A stretch of 64,000 nt of DNA. It comes from Ramazzottius varieornatus (taxonomy: Eukaryota; Animalia; Tardigrada). The DNA is taken from positions 213,231-277,230 of the forward strand of contig BDGG01000019.1 of assembly GCA_001949185.1 (NCBI GenBank), in the 5' to 3' direction. Shown piece after piece: positions 54,068-64,000 of the stretch (position 1 is its first letter; each line of letters opens with the position of its first letter). The position numbers and the translations under genes are program-made. The notes below the pieces were generated by a model. That model was not told the DNA's origin. It did no database searches and saw only the letters and a program-made list of their open reading frames with translations.

Positions 54068-57000
54068 TCAAAGGTACGGCGCCCAACCAACATACCTAAA
54101 AACAACAGTACGAACTGTAAGAATTCGGCCATCCACTGAAATGTCCAAGAACCTTGGCGACCACATACATTCTCGAAAGATTCCGTTCGGTGGTCGCTTC
54201 CCGAATCAGATAGTTGACTTCTCCTTGCACTGACAGAGCCACACTATCCGACACACCGCTAATCTGGCCAGTTATTCGCTGTTCGATTTTCAGCAAGTTA
54301 GCCACGGCAAGCTCGTTTACCATCTCTCCACTTTCACTCTTTGTACCTGCAGAGTTGAGAAAATTTCCCATCAGTACACGCCCATTTTCGGTCAGTATTC
54401 CGCCAACTCGACCCAGACACCCCAGAGACCACACACACGCACAAAAGAACAGTAAGACTGCACCTTTTCCTTGCCAGTCGACCAGCGGATCATGTACGAA
54501 CGTCTTGAGTACACCCAACATCGTATTCTTCTGCTCCCGGATCACCTTCAACGTCAACTCACAGGCGGTGCGGAAGAAACCTTCCACGCCCAACGGACCC
54601 ATGGCGTCCACAATGTTATGCGTTAGTCTGAAGAGTCCAAACAAAAATAATTCTCAAGAAACGAAAGCAGACGGAAGCCCTGCAAAAAAACTCCACAATG
54701 TCGCTTTTTCAAGCGGCGCACCCTGTCGGCCAACAGTACCGGTAGCGCGCGCCACTTGAGATAACGATCGAGCCGAGTTTTCCCAGTGCCGCACTCCATC
54801 GGCCAACAACAATGGAAGCGTGCGCCACGTGGGAGCAACACTCGATAAGGTCGTTTCTCCGAGTGGCGCATGCCCGCGGTCAGTAATACTATTAGCGTGC
54901 ACCACTTGAAAGAACAATCAGTCGAGTTTGGCCACCGAGCTCTCGGATACCACAGGACGGAAACTGACGGACCTGAATGGGACTCTTTCAGGTACTTCTA
55001 GTCGTTCGCCATTGTTGAACAGACAACTAAAATCCACATGCAGAATTTCCCCATTGGTTTCATCAATGAGGATATTCTCGCTATGTCGATCCCCCAGGCC
55101 CATGATATACCCGACAATACTCATGACCGCCACGTCCCTCGAGAAGTTCAGTCTGGCCGTCAGCCACTCCATAGAATCCGCGAACTTCTTTTGGAACCAA
55201 ATGTGGAAGACGGGCGGGTAGGCCGCCAGGACTTTCCTGAAATTAGCGATGCTTTCTTCGATCGGCCTGTTTGGGTTGTAGTTGAGCGTCTTGAAGATAG
55301 GATTGTGAGGATCTATTCGAGTGTCTTTGTATGTTTGGATGAGTATGGCGCGTATGGGCCCCACGTTGGGTACCCATTCGAGAATACCGCAGTCCTCGTT
55401 AAGGGGAACGACGAAGTAGGAGCGGATCTTCAGTTGACGCTTGCGGCACTCGGCATCTTCGCGCAGGAACTTCTCGACAATGTTGATCAGGTCCATGAAG
55501 CGGCTGTCCTTGCGGAGGTCGTCTTTGGGCTTGCAAAGCAGTGTGTAGGTCTGTCCATTCGAGTCGATGAGGGAGACCTGCAAAGACAAGCAACCTTACC
55601 ATCCACTCACAAAGACCCGTATTTGGAGCAGTACAAGGTTACAATCTAAAACATGAGGAGAACCGGAAGGTCGGCAAACAACCGCGAGAAAATTATTTTC
55701 TCAGCTGGCGCACGTTTTCAGTGATGTCGGCCGCAGCCATGCGCCACTTGATAAAACGATGCTGTTGTGTTTCTTTGCTACATCAAGTGACGCACGGTTT
55801 CGGTGAAACTACCTGGAAAAGTGCGCCACATGGAAAACTGATCTTGTCGAGTTTGTACAGTGGCGCACGTATTCGGTATCAATGGCTAGAACTGTGCACC
55901 ACTTGGAAAAACCCATCTGACCGAATTTCCTCACCCAGGTTGCAAGTTTCAAATTCTAAGGAAAGTACAAGTTGGTTTAGGGTACCTTTTTGGGTTTCAT
56001 GAGAGAAGGCATGTAAACAAACTTGTCCACAAACTCCCGAATGGTGGGCAGAGTGTCACTGAAGGCTTCGTGTTTCTGCTGGTACCCGTCCGTAGGGAGG
56101 ATGGGGTTCATGAAGGCGCTGAAGGGCAGGATGGGATGGAGCCAGTCGTCCTCTTTCAACAGGCGACGTAAGGTACGTGTCTCACCACACTCGGAGAAGC
56201 TGTCCGTCTTGGAGTTTCCCTTGGGCTGGATGTTACACAGCACGGCCAGCTGGGAACAAAAGTCTTCTTTCTTGGTCAGAAACGTCAGTAACGGAGCCGG
56301 CTGATCTTTCCTCACCAACTCCATAATCCTCTTATACCTGGAAACGAAAACCACAACTGAAGAGATGTCGTATGGAATTATCGCGCAAAAAATGAAAATT
56401 ATTCTGAATGGGACGTCGCGGAAAATGACTTGATCATGGTCGTTTTCTGGCGCACACTGTCGGTCAGTAACAGTGATAGCGTGCCCCACTTGAGATAGCA
56501 TCATGTTCAATTCAGCTGCCGATGTCCCGAATATCGCAAAACGTAAAAAACTGAGAAGACTCTACCTGTCCTTCCTTGTTTTCTTCTTGGACAGGTTCAG
56601 CGGTGCCAGATGCCACATGGCCTGTTGCGGGAAAGCTTGGGTTGTCTTTGCGATGATTTCCGCCAATAAGACGAAGGCTTGTTCGTTCGGGTGGCATATC
56701 CTCGAAATCAGCTGCGGCATCGCCGTGAGGAAAACGTACTTCGGGATCCTGGCCAGTCCCTCTTTCATAATACTAACAAGAGAAACGAGCCATCACTTCC
56801 TCAAATTCGTACGACGGTCAGGTGCCGTGAAAAAGACATTCACACCTGCGTAAGTTGTTGAACTGTTCCTGTATTTCCTTCGGTGCTGTATCCTTGCCCT
56901 TCTTGAAGGGGTACTCATACGTGAACAATGACGAGAAGTCCAACCATAGCGTCAGCAGCCTCGGCAGCGACTGATGGACGAAATGACAGCCATACTTGAG

Positions 57001-60000
57001 CGAGTTGACAAAGTCGCCCACGACCAGTAGGACCTGATCACCGTAGACCTTGAACTCCTCCTTGGTGACTTTGGTGCTCTTGCCCTCGAGGACCTTATCG
57101 CGATACTGACCCAAGTAAAAGTGGCTCTTCTCCACATTGGGCATTAGTTTCACCACCTCGCTAAACTTCTCCACCATCTCGGTTGTCTCTAAGCTCTTGC
57201 TCTCTTCATAGTACCTATAATGACAATTTACAGAATGTGATTTTGCGCTATTTTATTCGAGACATCGGGAAGTGAGCTCACCCAAGTTGTCACCTCAGGT
57301 GGCGCACTGTTTAATTGCTATCGGCTGGAAGCGTGCGCCACTTGGAAAAGAAACCGACTTGGTCGATTTTGCTTGCTTTACCAAGTGGCGCACGTTCCAA
57401 TGTTATTTACTAAAACCGCGCGCCACTTGGAAGGCGAATTTCTTTGTCGACTTCCCATTCCTTATTGTTTTTTCTTTATCACACTCCTTATTTTTTTTTT
57501 GTTCGTTTATTTATTGAACTTAACCAGTACCTGGCCAACAGCAATTTGGTTTTGGCGAACAGCGGGGAAGTTCGAGCGAGGTCGGACCACGAGTCGTTGC
57601 GGACGACTTTTTCCAGTGAAGCAATGGCTTGTTCTTTCTGGCCCTTAGCCCATAACCACTTGGCTTGTTCGGCTGGTAGTTCGGGTGGTGAATAGGCACT
57701 GGCGTTGAGGAGAAAACTGTAGGCTGTTTGGAGATGTTGAGACTGCCGAGCCACCTTGGCGCTGTGCAGCCAACAGTTGCCGATCTCCAGACGGAGTTCC
57801 GGTCGCTCCGTAGCTTCGAGAATGATGCGACGGACCGTCAGGATCTTCTGGATGTTCGCGTAGGATGGTTGTGCCAGCGCTAGCCTGCAACAAGACCATA
57901 GCCTTAGTCTTTACAGATCGTACAAAATCGGCATGGCATCGTTCCGTGAACTTCCTCCAAGCGGCGCACCTTCTCAGTGCTATTGACAAGAACCGTGCGC
58001 AACTTGGAAAATCCGATCTCGTCGAGTTTGTCTGGTTTGCCAAGCTCTCGTATGATAAATAGCCCACTTTTCTTTCAGTAAGACAATCGGTAATTTTAGT
58101 CTGCCTATCTTACCTCGTTTTCCACTCAGCCAGAAGTTGCGCTCCCGGCTTCACAACGAACTTCATCTCCTCGTCCGGCTCGATTCCGAACCACGTTGTG
58201 GCGCCTTCCTCCAGCTCTTGTAGCGCATGTAGATCTACAATTTGGTCGTAACATCGATGGTACGCTCGCTTCTGCATACTGGCAGCACAAACGGGCGCCA
58301 TCATCTGCGCCCGAAGGTTCCCCATCGTCAGCTGGAAGTCAGCCGAGTCGCCTTTCTTACAGTCCAACAGCAACCTACCCACTCCCACACTCCATTTATT
58401 CGGTAGCTGCCCAATCGGCTCATTCTCCAAATGATTCTCCAGCGCACCTGTGGACATTTATCAGGAAAATATAAGTACCAGATAACAGGTTGAAAGCTAG
58501 GCAAAAGAGCCTGACTAGATCGTTTATCCAAGTGGCGCACAATTAAAGCAAAAACACTAGAACCGTGCGCCACTTAGGAACAAAATCCTGGTGAGCTTTT
58601 TTGCCGAACTACTGTAGTTGTGAAAAGTGAACTTCCTGTTACATTTATCAGTTCCTCTCAGGTTTAAATCTTCAATCAGATGTTCACAAGAAGAAGAGTG
58701 TCTGAGGAATATTCAAAGTACCCCATTGGCTGAGTTTCCATGCTGCTTCGATCCGGAGCTCGTTCAAGTCATCGATCCAGTCCAGGTGTTCGCTAAGGAT
58801 GCCATTAGAGCATGACAATGCTGTGTTGGCTTCGTCGAGACCCAGGAGGCACCTCACGACATGCCTATGGTTATCGGGCTTGAACTGGCTTTCTGGGAGT
58901 CGCGCGAGCTGCTCGAAGCACGACAGCGCTTCTTGGATGTTTCCATTGGAAAGATGAAGGATGGTCTGGTCTTCGATGGAAGGTTCACAGGTACGCATGC
59001 TGTTGAGACCGGTGATACCGTCGGTCTCGTCCAGCGCCACGTAAATACTCTAGGAAAAAAACACAAAACGACAAAATTACTTCTGGGGGAAAGTATATTA
59101 GAAGTCTGGGGAACGAAACATACAAAATTGTCTTCTCACGTGCCGTACACTCTCGGCCAAATATCAATGCAAAGCGCGCCACTTTATGCGACAATCTTGT
59201 ACGTTTCGATCAAATTTTATGTATAAAATATGAGCTGACCTGTAGAAATTCCAGTTGTTCCTTCTGGTCTTTCCATCTGTTCAGCGACTTGTCCTCCAAC
59301 CTCAAGAACTTCTCATAATGGAACATGGCTCTCGCGTAGGCTTTACAGCTGAAGCTAGCCCGTGCCAGCAGTTCGTCATCGACGCTCTCCACGAACCGCT
59401 TCACCGACTGCACCAACTCCAAACAGTGGCTGCTGGTCGCATGGCTGGGTGAGATGTGCACCTGCTCGTCCCGCACACACCTGGCCACGACATCTTCTTT
59501 CTTGCTCCACTCAAACAGAAAGTCCAGCAGGGAAAGGATGGTTTGAGTGGCCAGTTGCTGGTAGTCGGGATGGAAGTCTGACGGCCTTTTGTACGACTCA
59601 AGGACCTAAAAATAAGCCGAATACAACCTTCTCAAACTAAGATCATTCCAGCTCAAACCTGAACCAATCTCGCAGACCAGCGTACATGTACCCGTAAAGT
59701 TGTCTCTGCCCACATGTACGCAGGTCTATGATAGAACCCAGTGCACATGCGGCGCGCGAGAAGGCAGAATGGTAACGTGCGCGTCCTTCACAAACCTGCG
59801 TACACCCTTGAAGACAATTACATGTTCAAGGGTACGCAGGTTCTTGACGAACTGAGTGATTTGAGCGGGAAGGTGCGGTAACGGTTCCACACACCGTTGT
59901 AATTTCGAAAGCGAGGTCTTGTTTGAACGCCTCGTCACAGTGAACCATCAAGTACAGCACGATGTACGGCAAAAGAGACACGCTACGGTTCACATCATCT

Positions 60001-63000
60001 TCCACCAGCACCGCACATCTCTTGAGGAAGTCGGCGGTGGCCGTCTTGGTGTCGATCCTGTCGATCATGGAGGATGTCCAGTGGCGAATCCAGCCTTCAA
60101 AAGTTGTGTAGCTGTCAAAGAAAGGGCCTTTGGCGTACTCGAAGGTGCCTCCACCTCGAACGGTGTACTTTGAGGATAGGAAAGGCATCAAGACTTCATG
60201 GTAGTCCGGCGTCAGCTTCTGCCAGATGGCAGAGTTCTGCATCTGCCTACTGAGAGGGCCTTTCTCGTCGCGCAGACCGTAAAAGAAGAGGGCTTGTTGA
60301 AGTACTACTCCACACGTGTTTTGTGTACTGCAAGAAAACATTAATTAGAAAATTCCGCAAAAGTCTGTGGCCAAAAGTCCAGATTATTCCAAAAACTATC
60401 GCGGATAACTCAAGACCAACAGAGAACTAATGAACGTACTCCGTGTGCTCGGAAGTCATGTAACCTTTGACGAGGTCTCGAAGGAACAATTCGGCAAACT
60501 CCTCATCTTGCACACTGGAAAACACCTTCCACCGCGTCGTAGAAGCCGCACTGCTGCTTTCGACATCTTCCACCCTGCAAAGGAAAAAAACACCGAAATC
60601 CTTGTCAGACTAGTGACTCAACTGCGTCACCGAAAGGCGCCAGAAGGGAAAAGGGTGAGAAAGAAACTGACCAGTCTGGGTCCACGGCGCCTATCGAACC
60701 GAGTACTTCAGCGAACCTCTGCCGTTCCGTATTGGTCACCGCGTCGCGACAACAGTCCATCAAGGTGGAAATCAGCCTTGAGATGTCGCTTTGCTTCGCG
60801 ATGCTGCTACCAGCACGCGACGTGGCTCTTTGGTCCGATTCTTCAATCAGCTGATGCAGGGAACCCTACAACAAAACAAGTGTTATCAAAACCTTCAAAC
60901 TGAGGACTTGACAAACAACCTCGGCAGAATCGTTTTCCTAAGCGACGCACGCTGTCAGTGTTATCAGCTTCATGCTGGCGCTACTTAGGAAAACGATGTG
61001 GTCGAATTGGGTGGTCGGGCTGCCGATTATTTTGCAAAAGCCACAGACAAAGACTTACCTGGCTGTTCCGGATAAGAGTGCGCAGCTTCCTCAAGGCGTG
61101 CTGTTTGACTTCCATCTGAGGGATCCTTAGCCTTCGAGCTTCACTTGCTGTCAACTGGGTACTCAACGTGTGAGTAGCATTGTGGCTCCGGTCCATGATA
61201 TCCACGAACTGGACAGCATCCATCAGGTACTTCGGGAAGCGGTTGGGAATGTCCGGCTGGTTGATGTAGTTGGCCAGCGTATCGTTGACTTCTTTCAATT
61301 CGGGAATATCGGGAAGGAAGAACAGCTCCGGAAAGTGGTCTCGCAAGCTCCGCTTGTTTTTCACGACGAAGTACTCGAAGATGGGCACGACAAACTCGGG
61401 GTTCGTCTTGACAAAAGGGACGAGAATCACGGCGATCTGGCTCAATATTGACTCTGGAAATGAGACCAAAAATGTTTTATCCTCTTCGATCCACTAAAAT
61501 TTATCAAGACAAAAAAACACTCGTGCAGCCGATAAGACGGCAGCTGGGCAAACAAACTCGACAAAATTGTTTATTAGATGGCGCACGCTATTATCGTTAT
61601 GGGCTGGAAGCCTCCGTCACTTGAAAAACAATCTTTTAAAGTTTGTTGAGGTCGCAAAAATCATTCACCGACAGTTTTATCGTTTGGTTTCAACATTCTC
61701 TGTAAGGTTGTTATGCACTCTTACTCAGAGAAGCCATATCTAACGTCTCGACAAAGGCTTTCCACGCGCCAAAGCTTTGCGGGAGTAATTCAGCAGGTAA
61801 ATTCTGGATGGCAGTCTTCAGCGAAGCCAACAGCTTGGTGCGAGTGGAAGACATGTACTTCACCCCCATGAAGGTAATGAATCTAGCCAGACTGTCCAGA
61901 ACATTGCCCTTGTACTTCGCCGTGTTATGGGCCGAAGCTAACTTTGCATCCACAAAGAACAGAAAACTCCATAGTTTCCCCTGCAAATACTTTGCCACAT
62001 CGGCTTGAGTATTGAGCTCTACCGAGTTCTCCTGCGCCTTCGCCAGAAACTTCAATCCTTTGAAAACCTGCAAACCACAACGCTTAAATATTCAACACAG
62101 CTCGAAATCCTATCCCGGAGCTCGGCAAACAGACTCGGAAAGACTATTTTCCGAAGCGGCGCATAATCTCGATGTCATTAACTGGAAACGTGCGCCACTT
62201 GAGAAAACGAAGGATCTTGTCAAGTGTGTTTCCCAAGTTGCGCACCTTCCGGTCTTATTGACGTAGAGTGCGCCACTTGGGAAAACGTCGACTAATGTCG
62301 ATTTTTTTCCTGTCGAATTTTTCTGCCGAGCTCTTCTCTCTCGATAGACAGTTACCGGTTCTGGCTTGGTACACAAAAACAGGAGCAGTTCGTTATGCAG
62401 TCGACTATTATCCGAAGCGATGAGTTTGTTTCGAGGTTTGCTGGTCAGCTTCTCGACTAGTCGAAGTCCTTGTTCCAGTTCCGCGTCATCTTTTGCTTCG
62501 ACGATCATGATGGGCAGCAACTGTTCAAAAAACTCAAAAAGTAGTTTGCTTAGATCGTGGAGCGGCGATACTTCAGCGAGGAAAGTTAAGGCATCCACCG
62601 CAGCAGGGGAGCCACAGGCGATGAGAGGCTGCAGAAGGAAGGGAATGGACGTGCTGAGTAGCTCTTCGATGTCGCCGAACTTGAAGACGGTGATGACCGT
62701 GCTCATGATCGGGAACTTCTGCTCGTAGGGAGTATCAAGAAGACGGTGGGCAAGGTGGACGGCCAGTATGTCTTCGTACCGACGAAAGAATTCGGACGGG
62801 TGGACGGGGTGAAGTTCGTAGGCCAGCGTGATGCATCTTGTGGTCTGTACTCGAACCTAGAAAACCGCAAACGACCAAATTAACTGAACAAACGGATGTC
62901 GTCACGTTTCCTGCCTTCTGACACGATGAGATAATACGTCCCCCGCATGGCAAACTATGACGTCACATACGACGGGTGTTCAGTACATAGACAGAGGAAG

Positions 63001-64000
63001 CTTCCACGACGGCGGCCGACATCACGCAAGCGAGCTTCAAGATGTCCATGTAACAACGTATTTCCAACCGTACGATGACGTCACGAATCACCCTGACTAT
63101 TTCAGCAATGCCAAACAAAGTTAATCCTGAGGCAACAGGTAAAATCAGGCAGCAGGCAGGGACTTACGATAACCCAAGAACTCAACACTCCCTCAAGGAT
63201 GATTTCAGCAAACCCAGGCAGATCGTCGTCTTTTGATGAGAAGCGCAGAAGTAGATGGAGAAGTTTCAGCAGAACCAACTGACGTTTATCATCGCCAGTT
63301 CTGAATGATCCCAGCTGCTGGCGAAACCACGCCGAGACTGCCTTGAGGTACAGAAAGCGTGCTTTTGCTTCTGGACGTTCAGTGTGTAGCGGAACGGCGC
63401 GAAGAAAGTCGGGTAGGATTTCAGCAACGTCGGGATTCCGCCGCGCAGACAAATCCAAATCCTAGAAAAAGTCGAATGTAAGTTGTTCGCATGGTGAGGA
63501 TGATGATACAAACCTTCTTTATCTTCTCAAAACACTGAGCAGCGGTTTCTTCATCCTCCAGGAGAAGGGCAGGGTCAGGCATCGCGGTCGTCCACAATTT
63601 GTTCCCGTAATTCTGAAGCTCCAGCTTCGCTATCTTTCGTGGACTGCCGTCCCGGGAGCCGGTCATCTTACGTGCGATAGCTCTGACTCGACAGTTCAAG
63701 TTCCACACCACATCATCCCAACCGCAGAGCGTATGTGTACTCCCGCAAGCGATAAGAAAGACGACGCTTCAGCCAGACGCACATGAAGAACGATGAACTC
63801 AGCTCCAAGAACGGATTCTGGATTTGGAATGATATCGATGTGGAATCAATGGTAAGCGCCCCAAGGCCTGCCTTCATTCTGGTTATAAGCCACATCTTAT
63901 ATAGAAGACCCTGATGCTAGCAAGCTGGTCAGTGTTTAATCTATAGTCTTTTCGCTTACCGGAAGTTCGAGAATCAAAACGCGGGATTACTGGACAGCGG
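54068..64000 (-). CDS. ATR: Serine/threonine kinase ATR (PIKK), many exons; 5' end lies beyond the window
   Basis: UME-like segment, FAT repeats (LARASFSCKAYARA, QSLPRLLTLWLD), kinase motifs KPKDDLRKDSR, GLGDRHSENIL, HVDFSCLF and VPERVPFRLTHN, and FATC end NLSRMYVGWAPYL*. Confidence 0.95.
62118..62335. repeat. Abundant foldback repeat, two-hairpin copy in an ATR intron
   Basis: Termini GAGCTCGGCAAAC and CTGCCGAGCTC enclose two hairpin units. Confidence 0.8.

Overview
Compact, intron-rich animal genomic DNA. Gene density, short introns and gene content suggest a tardigrade-like ecdysozoan, which is an inference. Recognisable genes are RGP1, GNB1L, PGLS, PET100, glutamine synthetase, TIMM23, NDUFB1, WDR48, a DMRT2/Dmrt11E-type DM-domain factor, tRNA-Gly(GCC), a class A GPCR, cathepsin B and the 3' part of ATR. 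Mobile DNA includes a decayed intron-containing hAT transposase, a 3' fragment of a CRE-like non-LTR element, several MITEs, and a very abundant, mostly intronic foldback repeat (core AAGTGGCGCACG...CGTGCGCCACTT). The standout feature is a tail-to-tail pair of paralogous receptor tyrosine kinases at 44.4-52.8 kb. Their ectodomains are not Ig or FN3 modules. Each has a GH16-like beta-glucanase fold lacking the catalytic motif, followed by a domain resembling a microbial secreted protein whose HExxH motif is lost. These are joined to an apparently active split (PDGFR/VEGFR/FGFR-like) tyrosine kinase, making them candidate glycan or microbe-sensing RTKs built from horizontally acquired parts. Also notable are a secreted mucin-like plus resilin/prion-like disordered protein, a duplicated orphan secreted peptide cassette, and candidate ultra-short introns of 25-29 nt. 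Exon boundaries were read by eye and are approximate unless stated.
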